IMG/VR virus record: IMGVR_UViG_3300030376_004728
Coordinates: 1 to 34,759 of that record
DNA length: 34,759 nt
Direction: 5' to 3' (one strand)
Source: a virus
Taxonomy: Duplodnaviria > Caudoviricetes
Shown here: positions 9,059 through 19,669 of the stretch, piece by piece
How positions within the stretch are numbered: the stretch's first letter is position 1
Layout: each line of letters starts with the position of its first letter
Program-made: the position numbers and the translations under genes
The notes under the pieces: generated by a model
The model's database searches: none
What the model was told of the DNA's origin: nothing
What the model saw: only the letters and a program-made list of their open reading frames with translations

Positions 9059-9669
9059 GCACGATCGTTGCCACTCAAGTAGAGTCTGACGCTAGCCTTG
9101 CGGAGATTGACGAGAACGCCACGGTCAACCAAAAGACGGACATTATCAATGCGTTAGCGACTGACCTAGTCATGCCAAACCAAGTGCTTCAGCAGCGCAG
9201 GACTCTGGACTACGGCGGCCTGTTGCTGTCTGGCTCGCACGGTGGGTTTGAGGCCAAAGGGAGTAGAACAACAATTAAGGGGTCGCCAGGGTCGGTCGTT
9301 CGCAAACAGATCGTAGTTACAGGAAACGTAACTCTTTCAAGCCTTACACTGGTTTGTGACGGCAACAACCCAGCGATTGTTGTAAGAAACAATGCTAGGT
9401 TAGCCCTCAACAACTGCCACATCGTCAAAGCGGATAACAAACAATTAGCGGCTACTGACACTTACTTGTTAATGGAAACAGGTTCGTATGCTGCCTTTAT
9501 CGGATGCGTATTCTACGGTAACCAGAGCAACACAGGGGCGCTGGTGTACAACCAAGACGCTGGTGCCACTAATCGTGGGTCAGTAGTCGGCTGTGTTAAT
9601 TTGACGGACGTGGTAGCGGCTCCGTTTGTTAACATCTCAGCGGCCAATATTCTTGGAGTAGTGCCGTGA
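9055..9669 (+). CDS. Putative tail protein with beta-helix-like repeats
   Basis: 204 aa with VTLSSLTL, LALNNCHI and AFIGCVF repeats. ATGA-coupled. Confidence 0.55.
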   Translation: MSTIVATQVESDASLAEIDENATVNQKTDIINALATDLVMPNQVLQQRRTLDYGGLLLSGSHGGFEAKGSRTTIKGSPGSVVRKQIVVTGNVTLSSLTLVCDGNNPAIVVRNNARLALNNCHIVKADNKQLAATDTYLLMETGSYAAFIGCVFYGNQSNTGALVYNQDAGATNRGSVVGCVNLTDVVAAPFVNISAANILGVVP

Positions 9670-10472
9670 GCCTTAGAACAATCACTAAAGAGCAGTTCTC
9701 TGATGGCACCACGATCGACGGCAACCGTATCGAGCAAGCCCTTCAGGAGCTGGAAGAGATTTGCGATCAGGTCCCTGGCTACTATGTCAAACGACGGTTT
9801 GTGCAGAATCAGATCGTCGTAGGGTTTTCGCCGTTCCAGCAAGCTCCGTACAACACGACTTATCCCGTTATAGCGCCAGCGGCTACGAAGACGCTCAACC
9901 GAGAGCGATTCAAGGGCTTCAAAAGCCTGACTCAACCAGTAGGTGATGTCCTAGACCAGTTGTTCTGGGAGACATCGATTCAGGTAGAGAACCCTTTTAT
10001 CCTGCAAGATGTTGACTGCTTGATGATCCAAGACGATGGATCTGCAACACCATCGCACCAGTTGCCGGGGGGAGCATCGTCTCCTTATGCGGCTCCAAGT
10101 GTTTCGGATGTGCAGTTGTTTGTTATAGTGGATGCGCCGTTTATACCCGAAGACCGCAGCCAGTCCGACGCCATCGTTCATAAATATGCTATGAGTATGG
10201 ATGCTTGGAAGATGACGGCTATTCCTGGGGTGGCTTCGACGAACAGTATGGTGCCAGCGTTTCCGGGCGGGGAAGCTTGCGGATGGGGCTTGACGCTAAC
10301 CGGGTTGAACTTGCCTATACCGGGTCTGTCTCGGGTCCGGGTGGCTTTGTGCATTCCTAAGTATAACCCCGTAGGACCAACCCCTGGGTATGCTCACTGG
10401 GGCGCTACTCCTTGGAATACCTTTTCTCCGTCGCTAACGCTTTCGCTTCTGGAGCCATTGTCGAATGTCTAA
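9666..10472 (+). CDS. Putative tail/virion protein
   Basis: 268 aa, GTGA overlap, in the tail module. N-terminal FSDGTTIDG followed by a helix. Confidence 0.55.
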   Translation: MSLRTITKEQFSDGTTIDGNRIEQALQELEEICDQVPGYYVKRRFVQNQIVVGFSPFQQAPYNTTYPVIAPAATKTLNRERFKGFKSLTQPVGDVLDQLFWETSIQVENPFILQDVDCLMIQDDGSATPSHQLPGGASSPYAAPSVSDVQLFVIVDAPFIPEDRSQSDAIVHKYAMSMDAWKMTAIPGVASTNSMVPAFPGGEACGWGLTLTGLNLPIPGLSRVRVALCIPKYNPVGPTPGYAHWGATPWNTFSPSLTLSLLEPLSNV

Positions 10473-12213
10473 GATAGGCTTCAAGCGTTTGAGCAGGGGC
10501 GTAAAGCTCTTGACCTCGCATATCCACACACAAGTGCAGAGTGCTCTTACTCGGATTACCTCAACGGGGTTTGACTCGAGTGAGATTGAAAACAACGCTG
10601 GGTCGTTTCGAGTTAACGTGTCCCTTAGTAACATTACGCCAAAGACGTTCTTCCAAGATGTTGACGGTGTAAAGACCATGAAAGCCTGCGCTGGATTTAC
10701 CCTGCCTCCCCCGCAAGAGTCTTTTAGTCCTACTGCTATGGTGTCACCAACAACCCCAGTTTACATCCTAGAGAGCATTGGCTTGTCGATGGACACGCAG
10801 GCTACTCCGTTTGTTACGGTTCGGTCTAACGGCTCGCTTAGTCAAACAGAAGCAGACAAAGCAGCGTTCAACATTACGATCCAGCGCAAGCCTGTTGATG
10901 TGTTTACGGGGACAGCCATCACAGTAGCTAGTTTGCCAGCGGTGTCGCCGGAGATGACCAACGTTGTTCTATCTTTGGATTACCCTAACATTCTTTGGAA
11001 CAGCGAGTATCGAAGATTTAATCCCGGCATTAATCCTAACTTGGATACTATGTTCGATCCATATTCTGCGTACCTTCTTTCTGTAGACTGCGGCAGTTTT
11101 GCTGAGTCTGCTACAGAGCTGAGGATCGACAGTTTGCTGGTGACCATGAAGTTTCGCACCAAACTGATTGAGCGGGATTCAGGGGCTACTATTCAGAATA
11201 TGCCTCAGTCGCCTTACTTACCTGCAGCGGCTCAGTACGGGGGTCGATACACTGTCCCCGAAACGGTCGCTACCCCTGCAGCTGACGCTGTAATCAGAGC
11301 AGATACCGGTGGCGGGGATGATGGCGTATCCGGCGCTCTCGCTAAGACTGATGTCAAGTTCTTGCGTGGCCTGCTCGGCGGTATGACCAATCGTTCAAGG
11401 CGCTGGGGTGCAAGCAACATTAAGACCGACGCTTCCTATGAAGTTATCTCGGTGCCTATGTGGGGTAACGGTTGGTACTGCAAAGGGAGCCAGGCTTCAG
11501 TTGATACCGATGCTGTGTTGCTGGAGAAGATGCCGTTCGTGGGGGCCTCACCGTACAAACTCCCTACAGTAGACCGTAGGATTATTCCGATCCGGTTTCC
11601 GTTTACCGTGCATCACGTCATTGCGTTCGTAAATTACAGCGGGAAACCAGGAGCGTCAGCAGGCGCTACAGCAGACAAAGCGCTTGATTACAGTGCCAAT
11701 AACCAATGGGCCTCTGCTGCTTCCGCTGGGCTTGCTCACAAAGTAGGAGTGGGTATTGGCTCTGGTATTCGTAGCGACATCCGAAGTTCAAGGAACGTGG
11801 CTTACGCAGAGTGGAACCGTGCTACGATCGACAGCTACAGAGTTAGTAGGCTGCAGTCTCAGACAAGGGGATTATCGTTCTGTCAAGGTGACCTCCTGAG
11901 TATACCTCTGGTGTACCCAGCAGGCGCTCCAGGATCTGGTTACAACGCAACCGTTAACGCAGCCCTTACCAATACCGGGCCTCCAGTTTTCGCTGGCCAG
12001 ACTAACTCGCTCGATTTAGCAAGGTCGCCAATGGCAGATCTGCCGAATGGTTCAGACACGGCCCTTGCGCAGGATGGCTACGAGCAGTTTATAGAAGTGC
12101 GTTGGGCTATAGAGCAAACGGCAAACGGCTTTGAGCAAATGGCTAATAACGAAGTCATTATCGGTCAGGGCGGATTTCAAGTATACATTATCGGCAAGAA
12201 ACATCTTTGCTAA
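10465..12213 (+). CDS. Putative tail/virion protein
   Basis: 582 aa, beta-rich, overlaps the preceding gene, in the tail module. Confidence 0.55.
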   Translation: MSKIGFKRLSRGVKLLTSHIHTQVQSALTRITSTGFDSSEIENNAGSFRVNVSLSNITPKTFFQDVDGVKTMKACAGFTLPPPQESFSPTAMVSPTTPVYILESIGLSMDTQATPFVTVRSNGSLSQTEADKAAFNITIQRKPVDVFTGTAITVASLPAVSPEMTNVVLSLDYPNILWNSEYRRFNPGINPNLDTMFDPYSAYLLSVDCGSFAESATELRIDSLLVTMKFRTKLIERDSGATIQNMPQSPYLPAAAQYGGRYTVPETVATPAADAVIRADTGGGDDGVSGALAKTDVKFLRGLLGGMTNRSRRWGASNIKTDASYEVISVPMWGNGWYCKGSQASVDTDAVLLEKMPFVGASPYKLPTVDRRIIPIRFPFTVHHVIAFVNYSGKPGASAGATADKALDYSANNQWASAASAGLAHKVGVGIGSGIRSDIRSSRNVAYAEWNRATIDSYRVSRLQSQTRGLSFCQGDLLSIPLVYPAGAPGSGYNATVNAALTNTGPPVFAGQTNSLDLARSPMADLPNGSDTALAQDGYEQFIEVRWAIEQTANGFEQMANNEVIIGQGGFQVYIIGKKHLC

Positions 12214-12225
12214 GTGAGGTAAGTT

Positions 12226-12879
12226 ATGAGTGAAGAAGAAGGAATTCCACATGGATCGCCTGTGCGTAGTGGGCGAGCCGCTCAAACCGCTCAATACGAT
12301 CCGCTGATTCAGCAGCAGGCAGAACTAAGACGCTTGCGACAAAACGAATCGCGACGGATGGACGATCTTGTTAATCTGTACGGACAAGAGCCGGGACGAC
12401 TTCGTGAGGCTCAAGGTGTCGCAACTAATGAAATGCGCAGGCAAGCGGCTCTTCGTATGGCCTCGCAAGGTGCTAGGGGTAACATTATTGGCGCTGCTTC
12501 TGCTGCTAAGATGGTGGGCGGTGAAGCGGAGAACATTGGGACCCGATTTGGGGATCAGATCAGGCAGGCTGCTGAGAAAACAGCCCAAGCTAAAGTTGAG
12601 CGAGCACAACAGGCTATTGAGTCGATTGCTAAACCCGGTGTCGATGTTGAGCGCATTAGTGCAGAACTTCGCTCGATTGTTGATCGCAACAAACGGAGCC
12701 TTCTGAACAAGGCCAGTTTCGGCTACGCTGGCCAAGCGGCAAGCCCAGCAGCACGAGATGCAGAGTTGGACGCCCTAGCAAGAACAACTAGAGACCCCTT
12801 GGCGCTGCAGATGATTGCTCAAATCAGATCAAACATCAATCAGGGCAGAGATCCATTTGACGGCATGGCTCAGGCATAG
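12226..12879 (+). CDS. Putative internal virion (ejection) protein 1
   Basis: 217 aa, Ala/Gln/Arg-rich and helical, RBS GAGG. First of three genes of increasing size, as in podoviruses. Confidence 0.6.
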   Translation: MSEEEGIPHGSPVRSGRAAQTAQYDPLIQQQAELRRLRQNESRRMDDLVNLYGQEPGRLREAQGVATNEMRRQAALRMASQGARGNIIGAASAAKMVGGEAENIGTRFGDQIRQAAEKTAQAKVERAQQAIESIAKPGVDVERISAELRSIVDRNKRSLLNKASFGYAGQAASPAARDAELDALARTTRDPLALQMIAQIRSNINQGRDPFDGMAQA

Positions 12880-12888
12880 GAGTTTATC

Positions 12889-14652
12889 ATGGGTCGAGTG
12901 CTACCAGGACTGACAACTCGCACGGGGGCTACAAGCGTCGCTGACGCCCTTGGTACGACTAAGGACCAGCAACTGCAGAATGCTTTGCGCAGAGCCGCCT
13001 TCCAGAAGCAAGAAATCCGCAAGACGCCCGAAGGGATGTTAGACTTTATCGGGAAAGCGGCTACGACTGCGGGCAAGGTGGCTGGTGCTGCTAAAGGAAT
13101 TGGTGGTTTAGTTGGTAGCCTTCCTTTGTCAGAAGCGATGCGCAACGCAGCTGCTGCTAAGGCGAGTAAAGAAATGGTGTTACCGCAGGTTCGTGAGACC
13201 GTTGAGCGAGTTGCTGGGATGACCGGCTTAGGCGAGGGAGCCCCCGTCACGCCTCAAACAGCCGAGATGATCAGGCAGGTGAGCCTCCAAGGTCCTCAAG
13301 GTAGATTATCAGCGGAAGCGCTCGGGGCAGAGGCAGCACAGGATATTGCCATGCGTGCCGATAGGGGGCTTAGCGCAGCTGCTGAGGCAGAGCTAGAGCA
13401 ACGCACAGAGCAAACGCGCCAGAATATCGTGCCAGGCCGTTTAGGGTATACCTCTGAATCGCTTCTCGAGGCTGCAGATCGCGAGTTAAAAGCAGGCGCA
13501 AGAGACATTAACGACGCTATGGAAATAGCAAAAGACAAGATGGCCGAGCGTGCTGCTGAAGCGTCTATGGCTACGGACACTGCCCAGCGGGCTGCCGAGC
13601 AAGAGGCAGTAGACGCGTCGCTGGCTGAGGCGTCGCCTGTTACCAGAGCAGACCGAGGTGAAGAGCAGATCGACGTGTTCGTAGAGTCATTAGGCACTAC
13701 GCCAATTGACCGACAAGAGAAGTTGTTGAGTCTGGCTCAAGGGGCTCTTAGTTCTGAAGACCAAGCAAACATTCTGCGAGCAGCGGATCGAATGGATATT
13801 GCTCCTGGGCCGCAAGTGTCTGATCTGTTCGATCCTAAGGGGGCCTACAAGCGCAAACTTCGTGCAGCAATGCCTGACCTTACAAAGCTAGAGCAGGAGC
13901 GCCTGAGGGGCGAGCGGGCACAGATGAGAGCGGGCGTTCAGATGCGAGGGCAGGACATTACAGCGGGCTCGCGTAGAGACACCACAGCGCAGAAACGTGA
14001 AGCTACTAAGTCTCGAGAGCAGATAGCGAAAAACAAAGAAGTAAGATATAGCCGTCAGCTTGTAGAGAAAGCACGCCAGTTCAATGCTACCCACAACTAC
14101 AGATGGGCCAACCTAAAGAGCCGTGAGAGTATGGCGGAAGCACGCAACAAGACAAGCAAGCGCGTGGCTAACATCCGCAGCAGGCGGCGAAGCAGTGGCA
14201 AGACGCCTGGCAAAGCACTTGCGGTTGCGATTGCCACCGGGATCAGAGAATCTATAGGGCGCGAGAAAGAGTTGACTAGGGCTCTTGGGGGGGCAAGGCG
14301 TGCGACCAAAGAGTTTAAAACTTTAGTAGCAAAAGAAAAGCAGCGCATCCAAGATCGCCTAGCAAACATTGGAAAGTACCCGTTCTTTTCTAATGTTTTA
14401 ACAGACGGCAAAACTGGGTTGCTCGTCGAACTAGAGAAAAGCTTGGCTGGCGCACAGAAAGCAGAGGCTGGCCTTGCTTCGGTTGGCAAGCAGCTGAGAG
14501 CAGCGAGCGACAAGTATCAAAAATTAAGGTCTCGGCTACTCAAGAACCCTCAAGACCCTGATTTAATTAAAGACTACGCAGATGTCGAAGATGAGCTGTC
14601 CGGTTTATTATCGACCTATCAGGATCTGGCCACCGAGGTTGGGGGCGATTAA
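12889..14652 (+). CDS. Putative internal virion (ejection) protein 2
   Basis: 587 aa, helical, with a Gly/Ala-rich amphipathic N-terminal segment and a basic C-terminal half. RBS AGGAG. Confidence 0.6.
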   Translation: MGRVLPGLTTRTGATSVADALGTTKDQQLQNALRRAAFQKQEIRKTPEGMLDFIGKAATTAGKVAGAAKGIGGLVGSLPLSEAMRNAAAAKASKEMVLPQVRETVERVAGMTGLGEGAPVTPQTAEMIRQVSLQGPQGRLSAEALGAEAAQDIAMRADRGLSAAAEAELEQRTEQTRQNIVPGRLGYTSESLLEAADRELKAGARDINDAMEIAKDKMAERAAEASMATDTAQRAAEQEAVDASLAEASPVTRADRGEEQIDVFVESLGTTPIDRQEKLLSLAQGALSSEDQANILRAADRMDIAPGPQVSDLFDPKGAYKRKLRAAMPDLTKLEQERLRGERAQMRAGVQMRGQDITAGSRRDTTAQKREATKSREQIAKNKEVRYSRQLVEKARQFNATHNYRWANLKSRESMAEARNKTSKRVANIRSRRRSSGKTPGKALAVAIATGIRESIGREKELTRALGGARRATKEFKTLVAKEKQRIQDRLANIGKYPFFSNVLTDGKTGLLVELEKSLAGAQKAEAGLASVGKQLRAASDKYQKLRSRLLKNPQDPDLIKDYADVEDELSGLLSTYQDLATEVGGD

Positions 14653-17600
14653 TGCAGCAACCAAGCCGCAAGCGAGTAACCCTAACAGAGCCGTTGGTAG
14701 TCGAAGGGACAGTTGACGGTCTAGTTGACGAACTTAAGGACCTTGCAAGCACCACTGCGGAAGTAGACCCCAGCGCTCAAACGTTTGAGGAAAAAGAAGA
14801 AGAGAAAAAGAAACGACTGCAGCAACAGGAGGCAGATCGTGCAAAAGGCGTTGCTACTCCTGTTGAGGCTGCAAGGGCTATTGGTGGTCTAGTTGGCGAT
14901 GCTGTTGTCAAACCCGTTATGCGCACGGGCCAGCTCGCCGTGGGGGTGGCCCTTGGCACCCAGAGCATTTTCGATCACATCGCCACCAGCTTAGCAGCGA
15001 ACGAAGCAATGAACGGTTTGCTGGAGCGACTGGAGAACCAGAGTCTAACAGCGCCGCAGCGTCAAGCCGTCAAAGACCAGATGGAAGATGTTGAAAAAGC
15101 TTACATTGAAATGAACCCTGCGATGCAGGTCTATAAACAAGTTGACCAAGAACTTGAGGACCGGTTCAAGAACAACAGCTCGTACAACAACGCTATCAGC
15201 GACTTTGGTGAAGTGGTCACCTCATTCCCCACGATGGTCAGAGCCTTCTTAGAAGCAGCGTATGACGAAGACCCCGAGACCATGAAAAAGTTGGGTTTCA
15301 TGATGTCTGGCGGTGGCATCGTCTCCACCATGGCAATGTTGGACCCTGATAAGCTCGGGCGCAACTTTGATGCTCGGCCTGCGTCGGTCATTCTTGGGGT
15401 GTCACCAGCGTTCGGGATTGTGGCCAGAGCGCCTAGGGCCATGCAGGTCCTAAGAGGGAGATTCGGGAAACAAACGGATGTTCTTTTGCGGGCGGTTGAG
15501 ACGGTAGACAATACAGTGCGTTCAGGCATGGCAAAGGTAGCTCAAAGTGAGATCCCTGGGCGGGTGATGACTGAGGCAGTGAGGCCTTATGCGAATGTGC
15601 TTGAGCGCCTCCCTGGTGAGTTAACTTCGAGCGTGGCCGCTGGTCTTCGTGGTTTCGGTAAAGTCGGAGAAGACGTTGTTAGAGTAGGCGAATCACGCAC
15701 TACGCAGAAGACCAAGAATATTTTAGGCAAAAAGCAACGCATAACAGAACTGGTCCCAGGTGTTAGGTTTATGACGGTTGGGGATCTTGCTAATTCTTTT
15801 GCGAGCGGAGCAAAGAAGGGCTTCCTAGCGGGCGTTCCGGTCGAAACGGGTTTAGTGCTAGCGGCTGCTAGGCTCCTGTATCCAAATACAAAGATGACAC
15901 GCAATATAGCGCGCAGCGTTGGGCAGTTTTTACGCCACACCTCAGCGCAAAGCGGAGCCAGCCCGGAGTTGGCGGTTCGCGGCATAATGATGGCATCAGC
16001 CGAGCAGAAAAACCGAATACGATCTATTGCCGACAGGATAGATAAAGCATTCCGAGAAGAGGATGCTCTAACAAAACGGGACGGCGACACTCGGGTGGAC
16101 GTGTTCTTTGAGGGCGAGCCTTTTCAGCCGGGGCAGAAACGCCAAATTGATTATGAGTTTACTGAATCAGGCCAGGAGTTTTTGCCTGTATCAAGGGCGG
16201 ACGCTCTTGACACGTTAGGCAAGCTAGAGAAACAACGTGACCTACTGCTTAATGACCAGCGAAAGCCCGGAGCAAAGAAATACACCAACCAACAAATCCG
16301 GCAACTTAACGCACAGATTAAGTCACTACGGCAAGCCGTTGAGTCAGATGCCCCGGATGTGTTTCCAAACCAAACCCTGCGAGAAGCGATTGATGATCTC
16401 GACGCAGTTCTTAGAGAAGCCGGCGTTGATAGTGGGATTGAGTTAGTCAAAAGCCGTCTGGCAAATGTCGCAGATCGCAATGCTATTCTTCTCCAAAACG
16501 GGGATGTAGCTGAACTGGTCATACGAGCAATCAAGCGAAAGTATGGGAACCGGCTTTCACGAGCAGGTGTTACCGATGCAAAGTTGCGGAAGCTTATTTT
16601 AGACCACGCTGAAGAGCCATACTTTGGCAGTACTCGGTTAGCCGCTACGGTGGACATTGAAAACGTAGGCAAGTTAGACCTCGACAGCCTTACGAGACGA
16701 GCGTTTGAAAGCCTTCGCCCTGAAAAGCAGAAGGAAGTCATGGGTCAAGTCGCCTCCAACGCAGCGTTGCGGTACTCGCAACTTGTAACCGAAGCGGCTA
16801 AAGGTGCGGCTTTAAAGCGAGAGTCGGCGAAACTCGGTATGGCGCAGTCGCTCGAGGGAGTGTCACTCACAAACGTCCAGCCTCAAGTATACGCAATGGC
16901 ACTGGCTCGCATGCTTGCTGGGAAAGATCTGACGAGAGGCGGTGTTAGTTTACCGCAAGTTATTCCAAAGTCAGCATCAGGCCCGGCGTTGCCGGCAGCG
17001 CTACGAGACTTGGCAACAGACCGTCGTAAGGCCCGCAAAATACTAGAAGACGTTCTCGGCGATGAGCCCTCGGCGCGTGAAGAGATGGCGTTTGAGCGAG
17101 TGCTTCGGCAGACCGCAGATGAAGTTGGTGATTATACAGCAGGAGACGGTTACGCTCAGTCGTTTACAAACGATCTGAAAGTTAAAATAGCCGACAACCC
17201 CGATCTTCCAGCAGATGTTCGCAAGTTAGCGCAGCAGGTAGAGACCGGCGAGTATGCTTACTCTCCAGGTTTTGCTGGCACGTTAAATTGGATGTCAAAA
17301 TATCAAGGGACCCCAGGGTTCTGGAGAGATATCATCCAGTTGTTTAAAGGAAACCAAACAGTCCGCAACATCATGCCTCACATCAACAACAGCGTGGGCA
17401 ATGTGTCCAACTCAATGTTGAGCAGCGGCGAAGGGCCTGTTCAGTTTATCGTCAACAGTTACCGAGACGGATTAGTATACCTTGACCATAAAGCAGGCAA
17501 GCTTGGTGACTATCGCAAGAATACTACACCCGGCTCCGAAGAGTATTTTACCAATCGCGCTGCTGTTGCTGTAGACCAATCAGGTGTTGGCAATACCGAC

Positions 17601-19283
17601 TTCGTAGCTGGGGAGCTTCTTAGGTCAAGCCGGAAAAACCTGACGGGCGATGATTTGTCTGGTCCTATTTTAGGGGCCCTAAGGCGACTAGGTGAAACCA
17701 AGCTTGGGTATATCCCCCGCAAGCTTAATGAGTTAGCCAGTAAAGCCTACGCCAAAGAGGATAACCTACCCAAGGTTCACATTGGAATGGATCGAGGTAG
17801 GCAAACGTTTCGAGACATTTTTGATCTTAGACCAAACGAACAGATGACTATTCGGACATCGCCTGTATCAACTAGGACGATCTTCAAAGATAAGTCAGGC
17901 CAGATCCGAGAGGGAACACCATCTAATCCCGGGCGAGTGCTGACCGACAGGGACATTAACAAGATCGTTGCGGCGGATGTCCGCCAGCATGTTCAAAAGT
18001 TTGTTGTCAGTTATGACGAGCGAAGTGGTCTCAATCGGTTTGTTACCAACAACCCAGTCCTAGCGCCGTTCAATCCGTTCTTCACGTTTACCGACAAAGC
18101 TGCGGGCCTTGGGGGGCGTAAAGGGTTTGTTGAGCACTTGCTTTTCCCGGCAGATGGGCTGGTTAGCACCTCGCCTAAAGTGGCATTGCGCCAAATTAAA
18201 AGCCGGGCAGCGTTGGCAGCTCGACGGGCAGTACTGGTCAACTCGTTTCAGACACTCGCATCGAACCAAGAAAACCTTTTGGCTCAAGCCCTGGCCTTTG
18301 ACCCAGGGGTTCCTAATCAAGTTATCTTTGAGATGCTAACTGACCCAAGCGCAATCCAGCATCGAGATATCTCCGGGATGTCGGTCTTTGGCCCAGGAGA
18401 AGTCAAGTACCGTGCGTTTGCTTATGCTATCGGCAAGATGCTTCAGTCTGTTGGGTACGATAAGAACCCTAAACTATCAGACAAGCAGAAGAGGTTCTTT
18501 ACGGAACTGAACAACGGCGAGGTAGCGCACCTTGGAACAATCGGCTCTTTGTTTGGGGTTGATCGTGGCCCTGGTTTATCGCTGATGGAAATCGTTCTAA
18601 ATAACGGAGAGAACAGGTACGGTCAGCCTACTAATATCGCAAATGAATTCCTTAAAAGGGCCGCCCCGTTTGCTGTTCCTGCTCCGATTGCAGTCGCTAT
18701 GAGAGAACTAGCAACGTCGGTGTCTGAGGACTTGTCAACGTTTAGCGGGCGGCAATTTGATCGCAACGATGTTCAGTTAAACGAAAAGCGCACAGACTTC
18801 TTCTTGCGTCGTTTCTTACTCCAAGGTGGTCGCAAGGTCCGCTTGTCAGGATCAACCAAATCAATTCTGGATCGCAAGATCGAGCGCATCAAGGATCACG
18901 AAAGGGAGCTGCGCAAGCGGCTTCTGGATCAGATGATTCTATTGACTAACGAGAAGAAAGAACTTGAGCGCCAGAAGAAGAAGATCGAAGACGGCCAAGG
19001 TTCCGTTGGCGCTGAGATGTTTATAGATACTCCGGGCGACATGACATCGCTCACAGATCAAATCCAAGAAAAAGCAGACGGTCTAGAGAGAACTACGCAA
19101 AAGTTTAAAGAAGCTCACACGAGGCTCGCTCCTGTTATGAAAGAAGAGATACAGCGCTTGGTAGATGCTTACAAAACGGTTGAGCGCATAGGCAGCCTAA
19201 GAAAGCGCCTCAAGCAGCGCATTCCTACGGGCAAAGTACCGTCTCTCAAAGAGCGCCGGCGTATCATGAAGGAGGCACGATGA
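14652..19283 (+). CDS. Large putative internal virion (ejection/DNA transfer) protein 3
   Basis: 1543 aa, largely helical, TAATG coupling, last gene of the trio. No catalytic motif recognised. Confidence 0.65.
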   Translation: MQQPSRKRVTLTEPLVVEGTVDGLVDELKDLASTTAEVDPSAQTFEEKEEEKKKRLQQQEADRAKGVATPVEAARAIGGLVGDAVVKPVMRTGQLAVGVALGTQSIFDHIATSLAANEAMNGLLERLENQSLTAPQRQAVKDQMEDVEKAYIEMNPAMQVYKQVDQELEDRFKNNSSYNNAISDFGEVVTSFPTMVRAFLEAAYDEDPETMKKLGFMMSGGGIVSTMAMLDPDKLGRNFDARPASVILGVSPAFGIVARAPRAMQVLRGRFGKQTDVLLRAVETVDNTVRSGMAKVAQSEIPGRVMTEAVRPYANVLERLPGELTSSVAAGLRGFGKVGEDVVRVGESRTTQKTKNILGKKQRITELVPGVRFMTVGDLANSFASGAKKGFLAGVPVETGLVLAAARLLYPNTKMTRNIARSVGQFLRHTSAQSGASPELAVRGIMMASAEQKNRIRSIADRIDKAFREEDALTKRDGDTRVDVFFEGEPFQPGQKRQIDYEFTESGQEFLPVSRADALDTLGKLEKQRDLLLNDQRKPGAKKYTNQQIRQLNAQIKSLRQAVESDAPDVFPNQTLREAIDDLDAVLREAGVDSGIELVKSRLANVADRNAILLQNGDVAELVIRAIKRKYGNRLSRAGVTDAKLRKLILDHAEEPYFGSTRLAATVDIENVGKLDLDSLTRRAFESLRPEKQKEVMGQVASNAALRYSQLVTEAAKGAALKRESAKLGMAQSLEGVSLTNVQPQVYAMALARMLAGKDLTRGGVSLPQVIPKSASGPALPAALRDLATDRRKARKILEDVLGDEPSAREEMAFERVLRQTADEVGDYTAGDGYAQSFTNDLKVKIADNPDLPADVRKLAQQVETGEYAYSPGFAGTLNWMSKYQGTPGFWRDIIQLFKGNQTVRNIMPHINNSVGNVSNSMLSSGEGPVQFIVNSYRDGLVYLDHKAGKLGDYRKNTTPGSEEYFTNRAAVAVDQSGVGNTDFVAGELLRSSRKNLTGDDLSGPILGALRRLGETKLGYIPRKLNELASKAYAKEDNLPKVHIGMDRGRQTFRDIFDLRPNEQMTIRTSPVSTRTIFKDKSGQIREGTPSNPGRVLTDRDINKIVAADVRQHVQKFVVSYDERSGLNRFVTNNPVLAPFNPFFTFTDKAAGLGGRKGFVEHLLFPADGLVSTSPKVALRQIKSRAALAARRAVLVNSFQTLASNQENLLAQALAFDPGVPNQVIFEMLTDPSAIQHRDISGMSVFGPGEVKYRAFAYAIGKMLQSVGYDKNPKLSDKQKRFFTELNNGEVAHLGTIGSLFGVDRGPGLSLMEIVLNNGENRYGQPTNIANEFLKRAAPFAVPAPIAVAMRELATSVSEDLSTFSGRQFDRNDVQLNEKRTDFFLRRFLLQGGRKVRLSGSTKSILDRKIERIKDHERELRKRLLDQMILLTNEKKELERQKKKIEDGQGSVGAEMFIDTPGDMTSLTDQIQEKADGLERTTQKFKEAHTRLAPVMKEEIQRLVDAYKTVERIGSLRKRLKQRIPTGKVPSLKERRRIMKEAR

Positions 19284-19669
19284 GCCACGGGTATCCACCA
19301 AAGTTCAGCCCTGAAGAGTTTCACTGCAAATGCGGCAAGTACTGTGATGGGCCATCTCCACATGCTGATAAGACTCGTCACCTCGCTTGGACACTTCAGG
19401 CGATCCGGGACGAAGTCGCTGCTCCGATCAAGATCAACAGTGGCTATCGATGCCCTGAGCACAACAAGGCGATCGGTGGCGCCACGAAGTCATTTCATGT
19501 CCAAGGGATGGCGGCTGACCTTCACTGTGCGGCTGTTTCTCCAGAGGAACTGGCCAACACTATTGAAGATATGATGGAACACGGGCAGATTCCCAATGGC
19601 GGGCTAGGTCGTTACAATACGTTCACGCACATTGACATCCGCCACCAGAAAGGAAGGTGGTCAGGATGA
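19280..19669 (+). CDS. Peptidase M15A-family endolysin
   Basis: FSPEEFHCKCG, INSGYRCPEHNKAIGGATKSFHVQGMAAD (H-x6-D) and FTHIDIR zinc ligands. Confidence 0.92.
   Translation: MSHGYPPKFSPEEFHCKCGKYCDGPSPHADKTRHLAWTLQAIRDEVAAPIKINSGYRCPEHNKAIGGATKSFHVQGMAADLHCAAVSPEELANTIEDMMEHGQIPNGGLGRYNTFTHIDIRHQKGRWSG

Noticed and set aside
16072-16090. RDGD in the large ejection protein as a possible DxDGD RNA polymerase motif
   Set aside because: It lacks the first Asp and any surrounding polymerase context.
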